This document shows positions 1 through 11,620 of a stretch of DNA of 64,000 nt, one piece after another. A program made the position numbers and the translations under genes. Under the pieces are notes generated by a model that did not search any database, was not told the DNA's origin, and worked only from the letters and a program-made list of their open reading frames with translations. This DNA is from Camelus ferus (taxonomy: Eukaryota): positions 111,292,001 to 111,356,000 of the forward strand of contig NC_045697.1 of NCBI RefSeq assembly GCF_009834535.1, written 5' to 3'. Numbering within the stretch: the stretch's first letter is position 1; every line of letters begins with the position of its first letter.

Positions 1-632
1 AGTACAGTGGTTCCTTAAAAAACTAAAAATAGCCTTACCATATGATCCAGCAATTCCACTCCTGGACATACATCCAGAGAAATCTTGAACTCAAAAAGAT
101 ACATGCACCTTAATGTCCATAGAAACACTATTTAAAATAGCCAAGACATGAAAGCAATCTAAATGTCCATCGATGAATGGATAACAAGAATGAAATAATG
201 TCATTTGCAGAAACATGGCTGGACCAAGAGATTATCATATTACGTGAAGTAAGTCAGACAAAAACGAATATCATATGATATCACTTATATGTGGAATCCT
301 AAAAGAAAAATGACACAAATGAACTTATTTACAAACCAGAAATAGACTTACGGACATAGAAACAAACTATGGTTACCAAAGAGGAAGTGGGGGATAAATT
401 AGGAGTTTGGGATTAACATATACACACTACTATATATATAATAGATTTTAAAAATATTTCTACTGTATAGTACAGGAAACTATATTCAGTATCTTGTAAT
501 AACCTATAATGGAAAGAATCTGAAAAAGAATAGATATAGATACACAGATATCACTGAATCACTTGGCTGTACACCTGAAACTAACACAACATTGTAAATC
601 AACTATATACTTCAACTAAAACAAATTTTTTA
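1..632 (+). mobile_element. L1 3' end (ORF2 C-terminus plus 3'UTR), continues left of the window
   Basis: Contains ccatatgatccagcaattccactcctgg and the typical L1 3'UTR, ending in an A-rich tail; homologous to 30560-31235 and 45180-45862. Confidence 0.9.
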
Positions 633-1488
633 AATACATCTAAGTAACTGCAATTAAAAGCTGCAAATATTTTTATAAGGAAACTATGCTATCAGCATAT
701 CACCTTTGATATAAAGATGTGACTAAAAATGTAAACATCACAAATGGAGCCAAAGTTCAAATTTGTTCTTGAAATATTAAACACATGAGAAACAGAAGCT
801 AAAAACAAAATAAACCAAACAAACAAATAACTTTCACCATCTTACCTTTATTTGCCCAGCCCCCATCAGGAGTCTACTCCCACTAAAGTTATCTAGGGAT
901 CCACAAGCAGTTGGCTGTAAGGATAAAAGTCCTATATAAATACCCATGTTGCTTTTTTTGATTTCCTTCTTCCAAGTATGCTGGAAAGGACAGGATTTCA
1001 CATAGGAAACACTTAGTGATAATATTTGGAGGAAACCTGCTGACTTTGTAAGACACAATTGGCCGAACTTCAAGTCAGAAATACCCAGGGAAGTACAAGG
1101 CTCCTAGAATTACAAGGATGAGGGTTCTGCAGGCAATGAAACCTCTGCACAGGACAAGGGATCATATGCTTACAAAGGAAAATGCAGAAACATTAGCAAG
1201 GCGGCAAGCAGCCCAGAATGTGGTATACAGGTGTGGCAAAAAGTAAAGTGTGACTCTGCAATGAGCCAAGGGGGAAAAGGGCCTTCAGACTTAATGAAAA
1301 CAAGAAAAGAGAAGTAGAAGAGAAAAGAGAAAGGAGACGGAGATGAAGATGAAGACAAGAGGCAAGAATAACTATCCAGGAAGAGATTCAGCAAAGAAAA
1401 ATCCACACTCTATCACTGAGTGGATAATTCCCTGAGATGCCAAATGAGAGAATGCTAGGAAAAAATCCTCTACTAAAGAACTTTTGAG

Positions 1489-1607
1489 GAGAGACTGTAT
1501 AGCGTGTGCTTAGCATGCACGAGGTCCTGGGTTCAACCCCCAGTGCCTCCGTTAATAAATAAATAAATAAACCTAATTAACTCTCCCCTCCAAAAAAATT
1601 TTTTTAA
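1489..1607 (+). mobile_element. tRNA-derived SINE, camelid vic-1-like
   Basis: tRNA-like head with B-box (gggttcaacccc) and an (AAAT)n/cctaatta/C-rich/A tail. Perfect 14-bp TSD aaagaacttttgag at 1475-1488 and 1608-1621. Confidence 0.85.
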
Positions 1608-4600
1608 AAAGAACTTTTGAGAGTATTCTTGCTGTAGTCATCAACATTGATGATAATTATAAACTGCTGAGTCCACGGAGTAAAACTGTCACTTCTTTTG
1701 TGTCCTAAGGGCGTAAGTACTACAGAGAGTGTTCATTAATTTCCTCCTAAAGGGATATAAAGACAAATGTGTTTTTGTCCTGTTAATGTTCTCACTGGAG
1801 GGCAAGTTCCACGGCTAATATTGGAATATATGGAAGGACATGTTAGATGTTTAGACTACCAGGCTTTTAAAGCAAAAAGATACCTTAAACGCTGTCATGG
1901 GTTAAGAAACAAAAGTTAAATGGCAGTGCAAGGTCATATCTAGCTAGATAGAGAAATAAAGTGTAATATCCAACTCCTGTGAGTCGTGATAAGGGGCCTT
2001 TTCCAAGAGTGTTAAGTGGAGGGAAAGCCCGCTGTCTCCCCAGCCGCAGCGGCACAGGGTACCAGGCAGGCACCGGGCTAAGGACCGACGACGTTCAGGT
2101 GACTCCGCACAGTGTTTGTGAGCCGAGGGGGAGGACAAGCGTGAGACAAGCACTGATAAACACACGTGATGATACGAGAGTACACAGCGAGGACACCCAT
2201 TCGGGGCTCCTGGAGGTGATTACAAGGGAACGGGTAGCCGAAAGACAAACAGATACATCGGGAACAGAAATGCAGTCTATAAAGACAAAGCTTCGCCCAC
2301 AAGGAAACAAGAATAACTTTTGCCTCCCCACCTCTTCAGAGAAGAGTGAGCACGAGAAGGGGGGAGAGGCCTTAGGGTTTGGAATGTCCTTGTCTGGACC
2401 CAGCAGATCTATAATCCGCATTTTTAAACTGGCACAGAGCCCAGGCTTACAGCTGACAGGTGTGTGTCCAGAAGGGCAAAAGGAAAGCCTGTTCTGCATG
2501 ACATCTTACATGTTTCACTCCTAAAACGCTTTCCCTAAGGCAGATTTCAGCTGTAAAATCACCACTTCCACTAACTCCTTGCCAGAAAAATTAATTATAC
2601 TTATAAGTGCTGGTCACAGAGCCAGGATGTGATCTCAGAAGTGTCCGAAAGTCATCTGAAGCTGTCCCTGAATCAGAGCATTTCATCTTCAATAGTTTTA
2701 CAAGTGAGCATGTGAGTTGTGCCAAGTGTCCTGATCTTGGGGCCATTGTGTTCGCCTCTAGGCGCTGAAGGAGATGGGCCTAAATGATGAAGGCATGTTT
2801 CTTTATTCTTCTGAAGATATGTCAAGAGCCTTAGACACGTGGCGTGGCTGAGACAGGGGAGCCAGAACAGAAATTACTGCAGGACATGAGGCTACGGAGC
2901 GTCCTTTAGTTTACGTGTAGCTCAAGGACCTCTTTTCTCCCCGGGGCTGCTCAGTTCAAGATATACACCTATCATATCAGCACGCACAACTCAAGAGGGG
3001 TTAGAGCTGTAGTTAGAACTGGGAGGATGTAATGAGGCAATGATGTGATCTAGGAGGTAACAGAGCCAATGTTCCCTGTGTAAGAAGTGGGAGGGAGAGA
3101 ATGTTGTTTTCGACGTGGTGCTTCAGACGTACACTGAGAAGGAGCATCTGATGTTTTCATACGTGGTATTTCCTGCTAATAGACAACCTGCCCTCAGCAG
3201 GATGGAGGTGTCCTTCATTTGACAAAGGCAGAACCCAGAACCAAAGAAGAAATGTTCATCTTTATGCTAACAAAACAAGCTCTAAAAGCCCCATTTGGAG
3301 ACAAGGCTTTGACTTGGGAGAGCAAAGCTTTGTTCCAAAAAGAAGGAATTTGTGTGACCCAAGGAGCCAAGGTAAAGGACTGGAACATACATAAAAGTTA
3401 ACCAGAGCATGTGGAAGTGTTCTGGATAACATGCCACCCCCACCCCCGGGAGGAGAAGCCCTTCTCACATCAGGAAAAGATTCTGGAGAAGAGCTAGACA
3501 GGGCTGAGCCTGCTCCCTTCCTCCAACACGGGATTAAAGTTTCCAAAAGACAATGGAGACATCAAGATATGTTTGTGACTCTGATGCCAGAAAATTTGAA
3601 GGGAGACTGCCCTGCCCAACTCCACTAAGCCTAGGGTAGGTCAGAAAGAAGAGTATGCAGGCACTGGGGGAAGAAAGAAAAAGAAAACCTTGATTGCCCC
3701 TTGATTTGGACAAGCCACCTACAGAGTGCATGGCCATCATATCACTGTGCTGCCTGCGGTCCCTCTGCCCTGCCCTCAGGTGCTGATTGCTTAAGGGGAC
3801 ACTTGTTCAGGCCTCCTGTTAACACATGAGGGAACTTCAAAGAGGGCGACACTTCAGCTTCTCTCCAGCCTCTCCCCTCTCCTCCCCGCAGCAGGAAACA
3901 TGGCTTATCTTACTGCTGACCTTGGGAGGGGGACAAAGCTCTGTGACCTCTGGCCTTTCTATCCAGAACTGTCTGGGAGTTGGGGGTGAGGGATCTATAT
4001 GTACATATAAACATCCTCCAGGACTTGGGAGCCAGAAGCAGGACCACAATCATCACGATGATGATTAGCATCTTCCTTACCTTGGGTCACTTCAAACTTG
4101 ACATTGTTCTGTCTTAAGGGGTCTTCATATTCAGAAATGACCTGTTTTTGTAAACATATATGTGGTTGAGCACGACTGCTTGTGTCTGGCAGCTGTTACA
4201 TTCGGATTATACGGACAAATAAATAAATGTTTAATGATGATATATGTTTAATGACATACCAAATGGTGTAGAATAAAAGCTGAGCACTCTTGTGTGTGCG
4301 TGGGAGCACAGACTGGTAGAGGCCTCATAAAACAAGCGAGTAGGCAGTTTTTCACTCCGATTTCATGACCACAGCCATCACTTTTTCTAGCATATTCTTA
4401 AAAACCTCAATGTCACACTGCTGCTAGTTTTCTATGTAGTCAGAAGCACCTACTGTCTGAATTAAAACCTGGCAGGCAAGAGAAATTAGAGAAATTTCAA
4501 AATTTACAGATATTTGTACCAAAGATCTTCAGAGACACAGGATGCCGTAAATTAGAAATGCCTACAAAGCTGCTTTTGCTTGTTCTGGGAGACCAGAGCC

Positions 4601-5714
4601 TATATTGTGTTCTTAACTTATCTGCCAATAAAAAATTAAGGACAACCATACCATCTTGAAATTTCCAGAGGAGACTAGCAGAAGAAACTGCAGACAGATG
4701 GCCCAGGACAGCACCCTAAAAAGCAGCACACACTGCATCTCAGCTATTACCTTACTGAGAATAATGTGGAACTGTGCTTTCAATAAGTCAAAAGATTTCA
4801 ACATGTCTGCCCTAGCACACAGGTCAGTATGAAGATGTCTAGATCTTGCTCTGAAGCCTGTAATTTAGGCAGCAAGGTACTTAAAAACAGATATTTCAAA
4901 AAAAGTAATAGGGACATCTGATCGATTTCCCAATTTTTCACAGCAGAAAGATCCAAGGAATCTAGTTCACGAGATGGTGTTTTTACTAGCATCGCCAGCT
5001 GACAATGACAGTAAAGACAAGACTCAGAGATCTTCTAAATGTGGTTCAAAGGTTCACGATTCACAGCATCCTTCTCATATCACTGCAGGAATCATGTGAA
5101 AAGTATGTATTATTTGCCCCATTATAAAAGAACTAGGGTTAGAAATGTGATTTGATTTTTTAAGACAAATGCAGGACTCAAACCCCAATCTTTTGAAATC
5201 TAAGTCCCAGTTCACCTTCTCACATTGACTGTACAAAATGTAATGAAAATATCAGGATTATACAATTAGTCTGATCATTTGGCACAACTAGATTGGGTTT
5301 TCTGTTTTACTTAAACATCTATTTAATACCACCCATGTCAAATTGAATGTTAAAAGTTTGTGTCTACACAGAAGAAACCCCTGTACTTAGACTTTAATAT
5401 TAGGAAATGGATTGATTCAAGATCTTAAGGTGTTTACCTTAATGCTCTGGTTAACTTGTTCTTCATGTTGAGATCTTGAAATGAACAACTGTCTTGTCTG
5501 GTTTTGCTTTTTTTTTCTTTATACTTTGAAGCTCACAGTGTCACAGTATACAAATCACAGCATGGAGCTGAAGATCTGTAGGTAGTTAAATTCTTGCTGC
5601 ACTTTATATTGAACATGAACCCCCTCCTGTCGCAGCCTCATGTCACCATGTTCTGCTATTTGTTATTCTCCTCCTCCACTACCTAAGAATAATACTCCTC
5701 AAGAGACCAATTTG

Positions 5715-5822
5715 TGAACCACACTGCCTGGATTCAGATCCTGGATCAACAGCTTACATGTGTCTCCATGTCCTTACCTACACCTCATGCATGTAGTAAG
5801 CATTAAAGAAGCCAATAATTGT
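5715..5822 (+). mobile_element. MIR 5' part (its 3' part resumes at ~10575-10635)
   Basis: actgcctggattcagatcctgg...gtaagcattaaa resembles the MIR core; the MIR tail ggcacatggtaagtgttcagc follows the L1 block. Confidence 0.5.
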
Positions 5823-5830
5823 AGTCCCAT

Positions 5831-8800
5831 AGAGGCCAAGATAACAGTCTAAGAAGACCCTGAACTTAACTCCTCACACAGGCACACCTAAATTACTATT
5901 ATTTACAGAGCAACTATCAATGAGAATGACCTGAAGACTAGCAAAAAAAAAAAAAAATTTCCACTAAATATATAAAGAAGGAACCTCAACAAGAAGGGAA
6001 AGAGGGTGGAGACACAGGATAGTCAAAACCTACGCCCTCAGGTAGGCATCACAAATGAGAGGACAGTCAAAATTGCAGAGGTTCTCCCAAAGAAGTAGGG
6101 GAGGGAGCCATTAATAGATTCAAACATAAAAAGAGAAAAGAATCCAAACATAACGCTAAAGATAGTCATCAAATCACAAAAGAGAGCAAAAGAGGAAAAA
6201 AACAAAAAAGAACTATAAAACAACCAGAAAACAATCATCCAAATGACAATAAGTACACACCTATAAGTAATTACTTTAAATGTAAATAGAATAAAAACTC
6301 CAATAAAAAGACATAGAGCAGTTTAATTAATTTTTTTTTTAAAAAAGGACCATATGCTGTCTCAAGAGACTCACTTAATATGTAAAGACACTCACAGGTT
6401 GAGAGTGAGAGGATGTAAAAAGTATTCCATTCAAATGGAAATAAAAAGAAATAAAAAAATAAAAAACTGGAGTACCAATATCTATATCAGACAAGGTAGA
6501 CTTTAAAAAAGAAAAAACTAAAGAGAGACAAAGAAGGACATTACATGATAATAAAGGAATCAGTCCAACAAGAAGGGTAACAACTGTAAATATATATGCA
6601 CCCAACATAGGAGCACCTAAATACATAAAACAAACATTAACAAACATAAAGTGAGAAATTGACAGCAACAAAATAATAATAGGGAACCTTAACACTCTAT
6701 TTACATCAGTGGAAAGATCATTCAAACAGAAAATCAATGAAATGGGCTTAAATGATACATTGGAACAAATGGACTTAATAGATATATATATAGAACACCC
6801 ATCCAAAAGTAGCAGAATACACATTCGTTTCAAGGGCACATAGAACTTTCTCCAGGTAGATTACATGTAGGACAAAAAAAAAAATTCTCAATAAATTTAA
6901 GAAGATTGAAATCATATGAAGTATCTTTTTGACCACATGGTATGAGATTAAAAATCAACTACAAGGAAAACATGGTGGTGTGTGCATATATATATATATG
7001 GCATTAGCCATAAAAAACAATGAAATCTTGGCCTTTTTGATAACATAGATGGATGTAGAGGATATTATGCTAAGTGAAATAAGCTAGACAAAGACAAATA
7101 GTGTATGAAAGATGGCGGAGTAGTAGGTCCACAAGCTCGCCTCTCTTCGCAGCTGCAACAAAACCACAAGCGATTGCTAAACAACCATTGGAAAAAAAGA
7201 CTGGAGCCTAGAGAAAAGATATTTTTTCAGCTGGAAACATAAAGAGGGAACCACAGCAGGATGGTAGGCGGGACATGCTCGAATTATAATCAGGCTCCAT
7301 ACCCCCCAGGTGGGTGACCCACAAGTTGGAGAATAATTAAGTCACAGAGGCCCTCCCACGGGAGTGAGAGCTCTAAGCTCCATGTCAGGCTCCCCAGCCC
7401 AGGGTTCTGGCAGTGGGAGGAGGAGACCCTAGGACATCTGGTTTTGAAGCCCAGTGGGACTTAACTCCAGAAGCCCCACAGGACTGGGAGAAACAGAGAC
7501 TTCATTCTCTTGGAAAGCAAACAGAATCTCATGTGTGCCAGGTCTAAGGGCAGAGGCAATGATTTCATGGAAAACTGCCTTCTGGTTTTGGAGGGTCTCC
7601 TGGGGATGTGGGGGACGGCTGCTTCTCACCCAGGGGACATAAAAGCTGGTGGCAGACATTCCCAGAGTGTTCATCTGCATGAGCTTTCTTGGAGGCTGGC
7701 ATCTTGATTGGATCATTAGCGTCAAGACCCAGCCCCACCCAACAGCCTGTAGGCTTAAGGGCTGGGAAGCCCCAAGCCAAACAACATACTGGGTGAGAAC
7801 ACAGCCCCACCCATCAGCAGACTTCCTGAGTCACAAACAGCCTTACCCACCAGAGGGCCAGGGCCAGCCTTCAACCCAGCAGTGGGCAGGCACGGACTCC
7901 TCCTGCCAGGAAATCTACGTAAGTGTCTAGTCCATCCTCATCCACCAGGGGGCAGATACACAAGCCAGGCTCTACACTGGGACCAGCTGGACCCTGGCCT
8001 TTGGGTGACAAGAGAGGAGTGTACCGCTGAGACACATAGGACATCTCCCACAGAGGGCCACTTCTCCAAGGTGGAGAAAAATAACTAACCAACCTAAAAA
8101 TATAAATAGAAAGACAGACAATAAGAGGTGGCAGAGGAATGTCTCCTAGGCCAAGGCACAAGATAAAATATCAGAAGAAGAAATAAGTGATGAGGAGACA
8201 GGTAATTTATCTGAGAAAGAGTTTAAAGTAATGATGGCAAAAAACTTACAGCCAAGAATACTCTATCCAGCAAGGCTCTCGTTCAGATTTGATGGAGAAA
8301 TCAAAAGCTTCATAGACAAACAAAAGCTAAAAGAATTCAGCACTAAATCAGCTTTACAACAAATATTAAAGGAACTTCTCTAGTCATCAAATCTTAAGAA
8401 AAGAGAACAAAAAGAATGAGGGAAAAAAAAGACCTATAAAAGACTGCTTTGGCAATTTAGGGTCTTTTATGGTTCCATATAAGTTTTGGAATTGTTCTAG
8501 TTCTGTGAAAAATGTCATATTTTAACAGGGGTTGCAGTGGGTCTGTGGATTGCTTTGAGTAGTACAGCCATTTTGATAATGTTGATTCTTCCAATCCAAG
8601 AGCACAGGATATTTTTCGATTTCTTCGTATCATCTTTAATTTCCTTTATCAATATTTTACAGATTTCCGAGTATAGGTAACCTCCTAGGTTAAGTTTATT
8701 TCTAGATATTTTGTTGTTTTTGATGCAGTGGAAATGTTTATGCCAGTTATTAAATGCTGGTTTTTTAAGTGAAAAAAAAAAGTGAATGAAGGGCTGCAAA

Positions 8801-10490
8801 TGGCAAAATATCCTTCTTTTTAATGGGTCAGTTGCATTCCATTACACAGATATGCTACATCTTCTTTATCCATTCATCTACTGATGTGCATTTAGGATGC
8901 TTCCATATCTTGTCAGTTATAAATAATGTTGCTGTTAATAGGGTGTATGTATCTTTTCTCTGATGTGTGCCCAGGAGTGAAGTTGCTGGGCCATGTGGTG
9001 GTTCTATTTTAGTTTTTTGAGAAACCTCCATATCGTTTTCCATAGTGACGGCACTAATTTACATTCCCACCAACAGTGTACAAGGGTTCCCCTTTCTCCA
9101 CATCCTTGCCAACACTTGTTATTTTTGTTCTTCTTGATGATTGCCATTGTGATCTTGATTTGCATTTCCCTGGTGTTATTAATGATGTTGAACAGCTTTT
9201 CATGTTCCTGTTGGCCATCTGCATTTCTTCTTTTGGAAAAATGTCTGTTCAGTTCTGCCCATTTTTTAAATGGATTGGTTTTTTGTTTGCTTGCTTTTTA
9301 ACTGAAGTACAATTGATTTAAAATGTTGTATTATTTTACGGTGTACAGCATGGATGGACTTAGAAAGCATTATGCTAAGTGAAGTGGGTCAGAGAGAGAG
9401 GAACAAATACTGTAAGATACCACTTACATGTGGAATCTAAAAAAATACAACAAACTAGTGAATATTACAGAAAAGAAACAGACTCACAAAGTAGTGGTTA
9501 CCAGGGGGAGAGGGGAGGGGGAAGGGCAAGATGGAGTGGAGGATTAAAAGGTACAAATTGTCAGGTATAAAATAAGCTACAAGGATGTGCTGTACAACAT
9601 GGGGAATACAGCCAATATTTTATAACTATAAATGGAGTATAACCTTTAAAAATTGTGAATTACTATATTGTATATCTGTAACATGTAACATTGTACATCA
9701 ACTATTCTTCCATTTAAAAAACATGATATTGTAAAATAAATACATAAATAAAAAAAGAAAAAAGACAAATACTGTATGATTTCACTTTTACATGGAAATT
9801 TTTAAATAAAACAAATGAATAAACATAAAAAACACAGTCATAATACAGAGAACAGACAGGTGATTTCCAGAAGAGAGTGGGATGGGGCGGATGGGCGAAA
9901 TAGATGAAGGAAATTAGGAAGTATAAACTTCCAGTTACAAAATAAATGTCATGGGCATGAAATGTACAATGTGAGAAATATAATCAGCAATAACTAAAAT
10001 CTTTGATGATAACAGATGGTAACAGCCTACAGCGGTGATCATTTTGTAATATATAGAAATACCAAATCACCAGGAATTAACATAGTATTGTAAGTCAATT
10101 ATACTCCAAAATACAAACAGACTTAGGGACAAAGAGATCAAGTTTTTGGTTACCAGAGGCAGGGGGTGAGAGGAGAGTATACTGGATGAAGGTGGCCACA
10201 GGTACAAACATCTAATTATAAGACAGGTAAGTATTAGGGATGTAATTTACAACATGATTAATATAATTAACACTACTGTATATTATATGTGAAAATTGCT
10301 AAGAGTAAATCTCAGAGTTCTCATCATAAGGAAAAAGTTTTTATATTTTTCTCTTTTGTTATTTTGTATCTGTATGAGATGATGGATCACTAAATTTATT
10401 GTAGTAATTAATCATAATCATTGTGCTATGCCCCTTAAACTTATTACAGTGCTCTACATTAGTTACACTTTAATAAGACTGGAAGAATTA
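5831..10490 (+). mobile_element. Older L1 with short 5'UTR, EN-domain ORF2 fragment (~6243-6970) and 3'UTR; large internal deletions; interrupted by a nested L1
   Basis: The 5'UTR is homologous to 24337-24600. A degenerate EN-coding region (atatatgcacccaacataggagcacc) is present. The 3'UTR is split at 7108/9780. Confidence 0.85.
7109..9760 (+). mobile_element. Nested L1: 5'UTR (YY1-like aagatggcg start), deleted ORF1, inverted ORF2 segments (8440-9350), direct 3'UTR and A tail
   Basis: 19-bp TSD aaagacaaata(g/c)tgtatga at 7090-7108 and 9761-9779. The minus-strand ORF2 peptide CSWIGRINIIKMAVLLKAI is in the ORF track. Confidence 0.88.
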
Positions 10491-11129
10491 AAAATTACCT
10501 CCTTTGAATTAAAAACTACTTGAGATGCTCAAGAAAGTGTCAAAAATCCATTTTGAAGAAAAGAAGTAAAGGATTATAAAGAACTTGGAAGGCTTCCAGG
10601 CACATGGTAAGTGTTCAGCATTTATTAGCCATTTTAGTCTGTCCCCGCCTCCTCCTCATCATCATATTACTGTTTTATATTCTGTTCTTCTGCCGTCCTC
10701 TCAAATGAAGGTTATTGGGAGATTATTTATTCTGACCTCAAGTTTTCGTGTAAAGGAACTTTACCTGGAACAACTCACCCAGCGTCTTTCCTGTCCTCCT
10801 CAAGGGAGAAAGGGTGGCTTATCTGATTGGTGAGCTTCAGGAAGGCATGTTTGTTCTCTCTAGTCTGCCTGTGTTCTGGTTTGCTCTCCTTTCCAAAGCC
10901 AGGGGCAAGGAAAAGACATCTGACTACTAGGTGAAACCCCAGCAATGTGTTTTGACCTCAGAAACAGAGCTATGTTCTCTGAGCAACTTTACCAGTAATC
11001 AGGGTAATGTTTCCATCGTTAACTGCCTAGCTCCCGTGCCTAGCTCCACATGTGTTTCAAGCTGCAGGGGAGGAGGAACGTTACCCATTGGTTGGCAAAG
11101 TCCTCAGTGTTAGCCTGCACCCAAATTCT

Positions 11130-11620
11130 ATTTTTTCTCCTGCATGCTTAATCCACTCCTTCAAATTCCGCCTCTCTTCTAATGACACAATCACAGACCC
11201 ACTTCTGGGATAGATCTGTTCTAGCACTGCAAACATTTTCCAAAATGGAACTCGCATCTGTGCCCTGACCGTGACCTTCCATATGCCCAACCTTAATGCT
11301 TTTGTCGTTCACCTTGTCTCCCAAGCCAAAATCACGGGGGTTTCTCTGACCCCTCTCCTTTGTTCACCGGCCATATTCAAGTCCATCTCCCTTATGTAGC
11401 CCATGTTCTTCTCCTCATTTACCCTCCCATGCCCTTTATTTGGGCTTTCCTCATGTCTCATATATGACAATATCTTACCTTTTGCCTGCCACCAATCTTT
11501 CCTCCTCCTCTCCATTTTCCAGCTGCGACTAGGGTGATCCTTTCAAAACAACAACAACAACAAAATCAATGGAACAATCTTCCTGGATAAAGTCAACTCC
11601 ACAAGGGGAATGGCTTCCAT
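11130..11620 (+). mobile_element. L2 fragment (ancient)
   Basis: Pyrimidine-rich L2-like sequence (tctcccaagccaaaatcacggggg...gggtgatcctttcaaaac). Confidence 0.55.

Noticed and set aside
1979..2524. 181-aa ORF, the longest in the track
   Set aside because: Non-ATG start, no recognisable domain and no exon context; consistent with a chance ORF in a GC-richer patch.
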